From: Phoronis australis
Taxonomy: Eukaryota; Animalia; Phoronida
Length of the DNA stretch: 64,000 nucleotides
Reading direction: 5' to 3'
Assembly: GCA_002633005.1 (NCBI GenBank)
Contig: NMRA01000010.1
Span: 1,595,001 to 1,659,000 of the forward strand
A model generated the notes under the pieces. That model was not told the origin of the DNA, did not search any database, and saw only the letters and a list, made by a program, of their open reading frames with translations. Of this stretch, positions 13,431 through 25,200 are shown piece by piece; positions within the stretch are counted from its first letter, which is position 1, and each line of letters starts with the position of its first letter. The translations under genes were made by a program, and so were the position numbers.

Positions 13431-16400
13431 CTAGAAGAATAGAAAGCAGATGAACGCTTTTAAGTGCAAATTACAGACAATTCGATGCCACTTTAGTTCA
13501 AAAATCAGTTGGACTCATTTACACCAATCTCTAGCCTTATTCTTGCATCAGAGATGGCACTTAAGTCGGTCACATGGAACAAGCTTCATTGGAAATGAAA
13601 GCCTCGTTACCAAATTCAATATACATGATAATTATTAGATTAGAAGCTGGTGTACATAGATTTATAATAGAATTTTTAAATGGATGAACGGCATACTGTT
13701 AGCTTGAAGCACGTTTAGGAAATCAATACAACAGTCACATAAGACAAACACCACAAAGGTGATCATTCAATCAATGCTGTGCAAACTCTGTAGGCAGTAC
13801 AATTCAAATTTCCATCATAACAACACCGTATTAGAGAAATTGCCCATGCTTAAAGTGAGTGAGCAAAACAAGCTGCAAACGAACGATAGTTTCCTGAAAT
13901 TCATAGAACTACCAACAAATCAAACAAATGTCTGTGGGGTGTTTTTTAAGAGTTGCGTGATAATTCATCTGGGGCACTACTCATTCAACAGATGTCTTTA
14001 CATTCATCTGTTCAGAAGCAGTGTGTGCTAACCAGATTCACAAAGCAGACACATCAATTGACATCACCTCTATTGATTTTTCCACAAGGCATGTTAGCAT
14101 GAAATGGTAAAAACTGCATTTCGTACCATCCATTTTACTCTCATAAAATCCAAAATTATTCCTTATCCTGAGAGGGTTCTATTTCCATTATCAACAAGGA
14201 CACGAAAACCATCTGCGAATCAAGACAATGCTTACGAGTATATTATAGTTGGTCAAACCTAAGACTGACATTAGTAAAATGGTGCATGGACGCATTGCCT
14301 GTGACTCGAGATGGTAACGGAAATAGAATACTATCACAGTAAGGAGTATTATGAGACTCATTTTATGATAGGAAATCACTTAATTCGATTTTCATTTTTG
14401 CAAGAAAACAGGTGCCGACAAAAAGATTCAAATGGTACAGTGATGCAAGCAAATTCATTAATAACAGACGCTTATCAAATTATAAGAACTGTCATTGTCT
14501 CTGGCTACAATAAATTAGTAATTTAAGTAGTAATCGTCTGACATAAAGTGCCCGCATTTTGAGAACCAGTTTTCTCCACTCGATAACATGCATCAACTGG
14601 TTATCAAAATGTGGGCCCATTACATCCAACTATTGCCAAGAAAAATGAGTCAATACTTAAACCGGACGTTTTGTTTTCAACTCCGCATACATCTAACTAT
14701 GGTGTTCTAACACTCCCATGCCAAACTGGGAGCATCAGAACAAAATTCAGACATAAATCTTAAATCATTTCCATAAAGAAGACCCCTGGTCAACAGTTGA
14801 CTTCCAAGTCTCTTACTTATAGGCAGGTGATCCTATGACCACTTTATGCACAAACACGCCTTCTTGAACATCCGGGAAGTCCACCAGTCTCTGCTGTAGC
14901 TCCATAGCTATTGGTGGGGTCAGCGTTAACATTGTGATACCCATGTAGCGCCGCACTGGGGAGATGTCCTGGCCAGACGGTTTACTGCCAAACCAGCCAC
15001 CCTGTTTGGCTTCAACTGAAATTCAATGAGTTGCGACAGAAGAGTGGTTTGATGCACATCAAGAAATGCACTTCAAGGTTTACACACTAAACAAGTAAAA
15101 AGAAATTAACTCCATTGGACTCCATATATTTTCTATGCATGTTGTTATTTACGGACTTTAGTGAAAGCACAATAATGCAGTCTTTCAGGAACACTGCTTC
15201 CCAAACTGTGCATTAAACCTTGGAAACATACCACTGAAGCCACATACCGACATGATTTGTTCAAAATCATACTGACTATCTTCTAGGTCAAGCCAAGTTG
15301 ATAGCGATGATTCTAAGTACAATCGGTGTACCATGACATAATCAAACAAAAATAAAGAGTTTTTATTTGAAACCTATTTAATGACTTCCACATTTTTAGT
15401 ACATGAATTTTACACATTGAAGCAAACTGGCATGTTGACGTCGAGAACTAAAAACAGCGCATGCTTTCAGTTTTCACTACAATTGCCAATTTCAGAACAC
15501 ACGACAACTGAGGCTATGATTTGCTGTTCAATAACTTCAAAGCAACCACTTTCTTAATGTTTGGCCGATTTGCTTTTCTTCGGCTAGTAAGATCGTCTGT
15601 TCGAGAGAGAAATACGAGCAAACATTATGCGCCATCTTTATTATTGTCATTGTTACTATTACCACTACTGATACCATTATCATTATCATCAGCATGATTT
15701 CGCCAAAATTGTCTCAACGAATACACCACAGACTTGAAAACTTTCATAAGTCAAAGTTCACCTCGTTTTTGAAACTCCTCGGCTTTTCTCAAGAACTCTT
15801 TGGCGTAGTTAGACGGGATGGCGAAGGAGATACCGGTAGTCACTTTCATAGTGTTGATTCCCACCACTTCACCATCCTACACGGAACAAAATCATCAATT
15901 CACACAGTATAACGACAACAGGTTGTAGAAGGTACATTGTGGAGTTAGAAGTCCATCGCAGTTGTCATCGTTGAATCATTAATTCGACCATCTCATACAA
16001 ACAGATGGTTCACAATGATGCCAACGATGGCATTTTGTTCCACGTGGAACCAGTTTCTAGTCTTAATACCCAGAATCAAACCACAGCATCTTTTATTCTG
16101 AACTTGAGTACATCATGGTTTAAGGTATATGGCTGCTTAATCCCAGTTTGCACTAAACGTATCCTGCATTAAAATTTAAGTTCGAGTTCTAAACTTGAAA
16201 AAATTTACTTTACTCATGTTTGCAGCTGGAATTAAGGGGTCATTTAGAGTGAGTCTGGACTAGACACTCATCTCAGTAACCTTTCACATGAGTGCAAAAA
16301 TTCATCAAAGCCTGTCTTGAGTTGGTACTCAGTGGAGCACAAAATGTCAAAAATAATTTTGATTGAGTACAAAGATTAGACCCCAGGCAGTGGCATTTCT

Positions 16401-19400
16401 TATTGCTTGTTCATCACTTAGAATGCTGAAAAATGAACACAGTAACAGGATGAAAAGGAAATAAAAGCAAATCTAAACAGACCAAAAAAATTAATTTGAA
16501 AAACTTGAAATTCAAGCAAGTTTTTTAGAGGAGGCAGTGTGGCCTAGTGCGATAGGTTCTTTTACTAGGTCGTGGGTTTGAGTCCCACTGGGTCACACTG
16601 CTAAACCCTTGAGCCAGGTTTCAAGCTCCTCGGCTCAGTTTTAACTACAATATATTAATAAAGCATAAAAATGGTTCCAGGTGATCAGCGCAATGGGCCC
16701 ACATGCGCAGCCTGTGTACGTCTGGTACAACGTGTATCAGACCGCCTGCAATTATATATTAATAAACAAGATTTACTGTTTCAGCTTTTCCATTTAATAA
16801 CTGTTCATCAGAATTAAAAAGCCAGTGAGGGCTCACACAGCAAATGAAGCTTATTTAATAATATAACAGTGACTTGGGATCTAAAGACAGAAATGTAGAT
16901 TTTAAGTCAATATGACCTAGATCAAATGGTTAAACTAACTACTACGCCAAGCGACAGCACTGAAGCCCAGTACACCGCCATCTTTGGAAAACTGTTGGTT
17001 TGTGTTTAGGGGTGTAACCCAAGCTTTGTTTTGTTTTTTCAATTCGGCAAGTTAGTGTTTCAACACACTGTCTATTAATAAGCAAAGGACTATCTGCAGT
17101 TCACTGACCCTTTCAATTGGATAAAATCATGTCACTGGCTAACTTACTCAAGAGAGAAGTTTGCAATTTGATCCTTACCTAATTAGTGCTAAACGGTGTG
17201 TCCAGTTTAGCTGGCTCAAAAACAAACATAAAATTGGGACTTTTACTCCCACGTAACCAGTCTCATAGAAGAACACCTTACAATGACAATTCTATTTCCA
17301 TCACCTACTCGAAGCCACAAGCAATGAATACATGCACCAATAAAAATTCACAATACAGGGCTGGTCAACCCCAATAAACTCTGAAGTGTTTTTCAGTCCC
17401 TGATAGTTTCAATATTCTTGTTATTAATGGAAATGGAATCCTATCATGGCACGAAATACTATGAGACTAGTTGTGAATAAAATGCTTATTAGATTTGATT
17501 TTCATTTCTAGAGAGGTTTAAATGTTTATTAACAAACTCACAAATAATGATGTAAAATTATCAATTCTGACACGTTGCATTACATACCAAATTTACTAGG
17601 GGTCCACCGGAGTTTCCAAACTGAAAGAAACGAAACACATTCAATAAACACTGGAGGTTTTCAAGATGAAAGATCATAGAATGCAGGAAATAGCATTAGT
17701 ATGCTCCTCTACTATGCTAGCAGTCAATCAAAGCTATATGACATGGTTTGTAAAAACACCCAGTTCAAGACAAAACGCCCCTATGTATTCAACTTTTACT
17801 TAAAACAGTAGTTAACTAAATTTTAACATGATCTCTCGACATGTTTCACTAAATAGTAGTAAATTTAAAACATTTTAAACTTTTTATTGACATGAAAAAC
17901 TTAAAAGACAGCGTTCTACTGAAAATAAAATTTGGAGCTTCATCAAAATGGTAAATAAACTTTACACCGTTGTTTTAAATCTCAGAAAGTAGTAACTGTT
18001 GTAACCAAATGGTTGCTACAAGACGGTGATAATCAGGCTTACAACCAACTGAAACTAATTACAGCTAACTAAAACATTAAATTAACAAAATCTATATTGA
18101 AATGAAATCACCATTACAAAATCAATCTAGTACGTAACACAACCATGTTTAACTAAATAGACCAAACAATTTGACACTTTGGAGAAATCTCATTTTATTT
18201 CAGAATGCGTGAAGTCTTCCTTCATAGAAACAGATCACTGTAGGGTAAAACAAATCATTGCTAAACTAAACATTAATATTTGTATACTTTAGGTCATTAA
18301 TTTCATTGTTACTCTAACATTTTGTTCTATTGAGGATGGTAAAAACTGAACTTAAAGTGCTTAAAATCACCAATTTCCTATCAAAAACACAAAAAAAACA
18401 ACCCCACCAGTCAATCAACTGTCAAATTAGAACACCAGCAATACTATCTGACAATATGTTAATTAGCTGAACTCGGAATTACAAGCATATACTGGTTGAT
18501 ACTTACTACCTAGACTTGGGACAACCAGTCATCCTCCATTGCATTTAGTGTCAAAAATTGTCAAACATTGCTGCTCATATTCCCATGTTTTATGGTGTAA
18601 GGAATGACGAGGCGCTGAGTTTGTGTTGCTTATGACAACTTAGTAATTGGCCACGCAGTAGCGCTTTTCCCTATTCTGCGCAACACTGGAGAAGCGCGGT
18701 TATGCCAAATGTGTTGGTAGACATGACACACTGGCACTGCGTAGGGTCACACATCACACTCATGCTCGTGTAGCTAAGAAACCTTCAATGGAACTCGCTT
18801 TTATATTCTTGTTTTGGGGGCATTGCATTCACGGTTGTGATATGCAGTGCTACAAAGGAAGGATTAATGGTACTGAGAACGTAGTCACTAGACAAAACAA
18901 GGTAAATTGTGGTTTAAAACTCAAGCGATTTGTACTTTAGACAGTTTAATGTCATTGAAATGTAATCAGAATCACGAAAAACGAACTTAATAAGAAAACA
19001 TTTCATTAATAACCTGACAGCCAGAAGAATGAGCAACAGCCAAAGATCCAGTTGCAACAGACTTACATTAACAACAGCATCGGTCTGTATGTATCCAATG
19101 TCCTTGTTGCGTATTCCCAGCTCCTTACTCCCACGATGCACTGCACTGACAATACCAGCAGTGACGCTATTGGAAAGATTGAGAGGACTTCCCATTGCCA
19201 GCACCCACTCACCTGGACGCAGAGTGCTGGAGTCACTGAGAGTTAGGACAGGTAACTCCCCCTACAGTGGCGTAAAGCAAGATTTCAACAGAAGCAAGCT
19301 GAGCTCAGTAGTTCTGCTTTCCAACGTTCAAATAACTAAGTTTTATGTCACAAAAATTCAAAAAAGTAATTTGGTTAAGAATTCAACATTGTCAAATAAA

Positions 19401-21934
19401 GTGGGTCGATATGCAGCTTTAAGTATGGGATAAAAATTTTGCAGTAAAGTAAAAAGCTAACTTTTCTCAAGGACTAAAGGAAACATAGTTTTATCGATCC
19501 ACTATGAAAAAACAAATATCCTATCTTTGACAACAACAGACTTATTATCTCATGTGCACAAAAATAATGTCCAGAAGTTTTATAAGACATGTGACTACTA
19601 GTAAGTATGTTATTTCTTAAAAAGCTCAATTTTTCACAGAGATTACAGACTGTAATCTCCACAATTTTGTCCAAACTCTGTATCTTTGTTCTATTTGCTA
19701 TGAAAGAATATCTGGGATTTTCTTGTAACCCAAAACTCTGTGGTGCAACATGAAGACATCAAGTTGTGATTTTTAACGGTTTTGGAACAATAAAGATGTC
19801 TACTTTTCAGTCAGTCGATTTACATCACAATTTCCCACTTTTTCAACCCAGGCATCCAATTTTTTGTTCTAAAATGTTGGTAACTATGAATTTTGCAAGC
19901 TGGAACTTGTAAGAGTGACCTCAATACTATAAATAAGACTTGGGATTATGTCCAGGTCACAAATGATGTCCTACCAGTTTTCATATCGTCTGCATATACT
20001 CACATTATGTACACCTGTGAATAAGCTGGTTGAAATATTTACTGTGACAACCACTGGTATTCGGTAACTTACTCGTCATGTTTCAAATACTCCCTTGCCC
20101 TGGTTGTTTCAAGTTCCCAGTTTTTCACTATGAGATGTCTATACCTAATCAAAACAACAGTGCACTTGAGCAGACAAAAATCAGATGCTATGACTTACGT
20201 ACACAGTTGATTTTAAGAGTAGCCAGGTCTGACACTTGGTCCACTGCTTGGACTGTGCCAGAAAACTCGCGTCCATCTGGAAGCTTGACTACAACATTCT
20301 TCTTATTGGCGACAACATGAGCATTAGTGAGAATGAGACCATCTTTTCTGACAACAAATCCAGATCCATTTGAAATTGAAACCATCTGACCACTCAACGG
20401 GTGCCTGAAATACATGTCAATTACTATTAATCATGTAGGCTTACGCCAATGTTGCAGCACATGTTTCAGATCAGTGTTAAGACACCGAAAGTTAGTTTTG
20501 TTTCCTCTTGCCACAGGAGTTATTGTTCAGCATTTGTTACCATTTTAAGCAGCCTGTATCCGCCTCAGGCTATCTACCTCACCAGGCCGAGAGGTGTCAC
20601 ATTAACGTGAGAGGAAGGCGATGACACAAAGCAATGACATCAATGAATCTAACAATGAGTGTGTGCCTCTATTTCTGACTATGGTGCGGTGTCCTAAAGA
20701 AGTAACAAAGCCACCTGGTTACTTTGTAATCAATCCTGTAGTGAATTTTTTGAGGTGTTCACGACTGCAATGTGTTCCTGGCTTTACAGACCAAACTATA
20801 ACAGGAGCTGACCGCTCACCATTGCGGAAATGTGAGAGCCAATGTCAATTTGTAAATGTTAATTTAGTTTAGGACAAGCAAGGATCATATCGCATTGTGG
20901 TCGTGATAGACCGACCCGAAAAACTTTGCCTCATTTTCGGGTCGATGGAAACTCCTGAGAAAACCACAAACCTTTATTTGGCTGGTAACAAGCGCTTTCA
21001 AGGCGTGAAATTCACGCCTACACAAATTACATGATGGCGTTATAAGTTCCCTTAATTGCCAGACCAGGATTGCCTCTACAGCCTGAATAGGTAATACACT
21101 ATTGAAATCACTGATCAAAGTGTTTCAAGTTTATAGTCCCTGTAACTCTTGAGATTCTATCACTATAATTTTGAGTAAAAATAATGTTGTATACCACGAG
21201 AATATTTATGATGTAAAATTTTAGCCTGAACGGAATTTGTGAAACGACAACTCCGAAGGTGGAATTCTGTTACATTCCTGCAGCCTATGCCAGGCTAAGC
21301 CAACATTGTAAGTAAGCTAACACAAGTTCCAATTGTAAGATCTAACCTTGAGCTGGTAACAATGTAACTGATGTGATGGGGATATGTGGTTGGCTTCAAG
21401 ACCTTTTGGTGCGAGCAAAATGTAACAAGTGAACATGTTGCAGTCAGAGATAAAATGTATGATGCAAATTACTCTGAAATTGACATGCTACGAGATGCTC
21501 CGGAATTGCCTTGTAAGTTGTAGGTGACAAGCTTGAGTTCACAAATCTCACCTTCCTTTTATTTCTATGAATACTACTGCAGGCGCAGCCTTTTCAACAG
21601 TATCTGCAATGAAGTTGTATCTTTGGCTGTTGGGCCTTGTATCTTCTCCACTAACAAACGGTCTAGCGGCAGCAACAGTTGGTACAATCCGCGATTCATC
21701 GAGCAGGGCTTCCTTCCTGAAATACAGCCAGTGAAGTCCATATCCAGTCGCAGCGATGGTGAGTGCTCCAGTTACGTAACCAAAAGTGATTCCATTCTTT
21801 AGTCGATTGGGTGGAAATTTCGTGTCGTGAAAATATCTGCAACACCGCCCACATGTTAAGTCTCTTAAATTTTGTAGAAAGTTGATTTTTTCCTTGGGAG
21901 CAAATGTTCGTAAAATTTTAATGGTCGCCGCCAT
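13265..21934 (-). CDS. HTRA2: HtrA2/Omi mitochondrial serine protease, 7 exons, 430 aa
   Basis: Exons 21934-21552, 20404-20203, 19261-19067, 17620-17588, 15876-15762, 15015-14817, 13430-13265 (1293 nt, phases consistent). Basic presequence, TM helix, YNFIAD trimer motif, TNAHVV, DLA, IQTDA, GNSGGPL, C-terminal PDZ ([16 protein letters not shown]). Confidence 0.96.
14817..15015 (-). CDS. HTRA2: HTRA2 exon 6 (PDZ)
   Basis: [13 protein letters not shown]...[20 protein letters not shown]; cag/gtaag boundaries. Confidence 0.93.
15762..15876 (-). CDS. HTRA2: HTRA2 exon 5
   Basis: [29 protein letters not shown]. Confidence 0.93.
16045..16385. mobile_element. Diverged copy of Harbinger-like MITE family
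   Basis: Ends ...GAGTACAAAGATTAGA as in the 53610-54007 element; internal GGGTCAT and TTCGAGTT motifs. Confidence 0.5.
16533..16640 (+). mobile_element. tRNA-derived SINE head (degenerate)
   Basis: A-box-like GTGGCCTAGTG and B-box-like GGTTTGAGTCCC followed by CCCTTGAGC; no complete cloverleaf. Confidence 0.55.
17588..17620 (-). CDS. HTRA2: HTRA2 exon 4 (33 nt, catalytic Ser)
   Basis: tttctttcag|[11 protein letters not shown]|gtatgt. Confidence 0.95.
19067..19261 (-). CDS. HTRA2: HTRA2 exon 3
   Basis: [37 protein letters not shown]...YIQTDAVVN|gtaagt. Confidence 0.95.
20203..20404 (-). CDS. HTRA2: HTRA2 exon 2
   Basis: [21 protein letters not shown]...[11 protein letters not shown]. Confidence 0.95.
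21552..21934 (-). CDS. HTRA2: HTRA2 exon 1 (presequence, TM, IBM, trimer motif)
   Basis: ATGGCGGCG start; [11 protein letters not shown]...[20 protein letters not shown]; donor gtgag. Confidence 0.93.
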
Positions 21935-22140
21935 TATCAATGACGTACCAGCGAAACTGTGTTAGCCTAAAATCAATTTTAAAATAGCTTGAGAAAGTAC
22001 TATCCCGCTGTCAAATTAAATTTAATTTTATGCTTTTTCTTGTAAAATTAAATATAGATCCCACTAGATAAACAAAAACAAACACTACACTGTGTTTATA
22101 TAAAAAAGATATGTGTGCTCGTAATTCAAAACTTCAAAAC
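21935..22140. promoter_or_regulatory. Putative bidirectional promoter (HTRA2 / TRF)
   Basis: 206 bp between two divergent ATGGCGGC start codons. Confidence 0.65.
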
Positions 22141-22282
22141 ATGGCGGCAATTGTGGACGATGGAGATGTTGTTTTGGGACAAGCAAATATTTGGCTATTC
22201 GACTTTTTGTGCTATAAAGCATGGCATGAGTTTGAAGAGCATAGCACTGTAGACCAGAAAACGGGTCGCCAGTACCTGCTTG
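22141..22282 (+). CDS. TRF exon 1
   Basis: MAAIVDDGDVVLGQANIWLFDFLCYKAWHEF...; donor gtaatt. Confidence 0.85.
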
Positions 22283-25200
22283 GTAATTTTTAAAATTGCG
22301 TGCTGAGAAACCGCGGAATTTAATCACCAATTCAGTGACGGGTTTCAGGAGGGGGGGGGGGTTGTTTACAATTCGACTGCGTTAATGTACATACTTGGTA
22401 TTTTAATAGTTATATCAGAACAGAACTGAAATTGACGACTTTTCACAGTTAATCATCCATTGGAAATCACTGCAGCACGTTGACAACTGAATCCCTGTAC
22501 TCAGAACTAATTAACACAGTTAGCCACTGATGATGACTATAGCCGCCGTACAGTAAACATCATTAATAAATAGAGAATAGTTTACGTGACACGTGATTGC
22601 GCTCTCGTGTCATGTCAGCCATTAAGGCATCCTCACGTTTGTACATTACACTTATACACAAAACCAGATAAGTGCTGACAGACATAGACAATAACCGTCG
22701 GGTATGAGCAAGATAAATGTCCGTCTGAAACATACAAAATAAATATATTAATACTGTGAGGTGAACTCTCTATAAACAATGAATGATAATTAATAATAAC
22801 AGCTATTACACGTATGCGCCAGAAAATAGATAAATGAAAGAACTCCGGACATTCGACTTGCTCAATAAAGCATTATTAGAAATACTCAAGGGTTATTGTC
22901 TAATAAAGGAGACAGCTGACAGATCAATGTTTACACAGTCCAGCGCTCTCTGATAAGCTCACGTAATCCAGCAGTTGCGTTGTAAACAGCCTACCTGATG
23001 TTAACAGAGATTTAAAAAACTTTCAATAAATGCTGTGAAGATGATTTTATGAAATACTATCACCAAAAAAACAACTGTTGACTTTCATAGAGATCTGACT
23101 TAGCTTTCGCCTGCTGACGAATTCATTTGCATGGCTGTAAACTCTTTTGGCCCTTTTATAACCACAGCATTATGTATTGAAACAAAATGCGCTTGTTTAA
23201 TGGAGCATGATTCTATAGATCAGATCATAATCTTGGAAATTTCTTGGTTTGAAAAGTTCAGAGGAACGGTATGTAACAAGTGGGTGACACTGCACGATTC
23301 TTAAATAGGATAATAAACCCTGGTTTTGTGATTTCAACCAATGCTCATATTGCCACCTGCTGAGTGCACCATTGTCTTTTCGCTTGAAAAGTAGGATTTT
23401 ACTAAAAATTCCGGAACATGTGGCTAATGCTTGTGGCTAATAACAAGGAACATTTTTGTTATTTTGAGGTGATGAATTATATCTGTGGACCTCATTTCAA
23501 CGTGTTCTTTCTCAAACCTTCCTCTCAACTCTTACAGGGACATTTGCCGAAACAGGCGGGGACGACAATGACGACGTCATCAAGGCCAAGCGACTCTTTG
23601 TAACACTTCTGTGTCAGTTAGCAGATGGAACCGAGTGTTGTGCAAAGTGTGTTGGGTTTATCCATTTTTTAAATTTGTATGACAAACTGAATGGTTCGTC
23701 ACGTCATGTAGTTAAAGCTATATAACCGCCTTCCATCAAAGACTTTAACTTAGGGCACTTGCCGTAAAATTGGCCTCAACTCTGTTACTTTTTTGGATTA
23801 TAGATGGGGTTTGGTCATGAGATGAACTTGGTCTTGGGAATAGCAAGCAATTCGTTATTGCTTGATATCAGGGTCATCAAGTTATTGTGTCACGGCGTAT
23901 CATTTTTGTGATGAGCGTGGTCTAACCCCACCCAACTGGCTGTTCTTGCATAGCCCAGATATAACTCAGTATCTTAGTAAAGAACACCTGGAGTCCCAAT
24001 TTTTAGCAGGAAATGGTCTAGATCAAACATTGATTTCTTTGTCTTCCGGTGGCCAGTGTATAGCCACTTTTAGATAGCATCTTTGATAATGTACATTCAA
24101 GTAAACAGTTGTGTTCTCTACATGCGTGTGCCAGTGATATGATCTATGGTGTGCTTTCCCAACAATATTGTGATTTATTTCAGTTACCTGGAAGACTTGG
24201 ATGAGAAGAAAACTAGCATGGAATGGGCACTATCTACCTGTGGCCAGCTGTCTGACGCAATCAGCCACAGGTATCCCTCTCTTATGACACCCCTCAGTGC
24301 CGTCAGGGAGTCCATCAGAGTACAGGTGTGCACCGAATACTAGACAAAGTCAATCGTGAACATTTGATTTTGGACATGGAAACTACAAAAAGTTGGAGAA
24401 ATTAAGTTCATTCTGGAACATGCTATACCTATGTGTTTAGTCATAATTCACATCGTGTGTCATATTTTATTTTTACGTATACAGCATATGTGTTGTAAAT
24501 GGTAGTAATGATCGTTATAAAATGTGGTCTAATGTATAAACAGTCTTTAATTTGACAAGTAGCAGATTGCCACTGGTGAGCTCAGTCTTGATATTGTAAA
24601 CTCGATGCACTTTGTATGCATGTATTACATTTGGTTACTGGTATCTGTGGGCACATAAATGCCCTGTGCGGTTGATGAAGAAAACGTGCGACTGCAGATT
24701 GACTTCATTACGCATTTGTTGTCCACAAATATAATGCAAATAAGCAGCAGTTGTCTGTTCACAATTAGTGAAAAAACGTTTTAATTGCAATAAAAATAAC
24801 AAACTCAGCTCACTAAGCAACCGTAGCTAGCTTCAATACAAGAAAGCAGCTGAATGAGACTACGCCCATACTAGGATTCCGAGTTATATTGAAAACATTT
24901 GCCCAAACAGCGAGTCGTTACACAGAGAATATACTACATAGTTTCATCATCCATAGGCATGCACAAAGTACATATTACATGTTACGCTCTTATCTTAAGC
25001 AAAGTGTTTGCTCTGATAGAATTCAGTCAAGTTAAGGCGTTAATTTATTACATAATTCTAATCTCATGGCACAGCCATACTGTGGCACTACTCGAATGTA
25101 AATGATTTTTCACTAACGCAATTCGAAGAGAGGCAAAGAGGCGTGAGTGTACCGACCAATCACATATCCACTGTAATTACATAATACATAGATCCAATGA

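Noticed and set aside
16533-16600. Possible tRNA gene
   Set aside because: A/B boxes present but anticodon arm and acceptor stem do not pair; treated as SINE.
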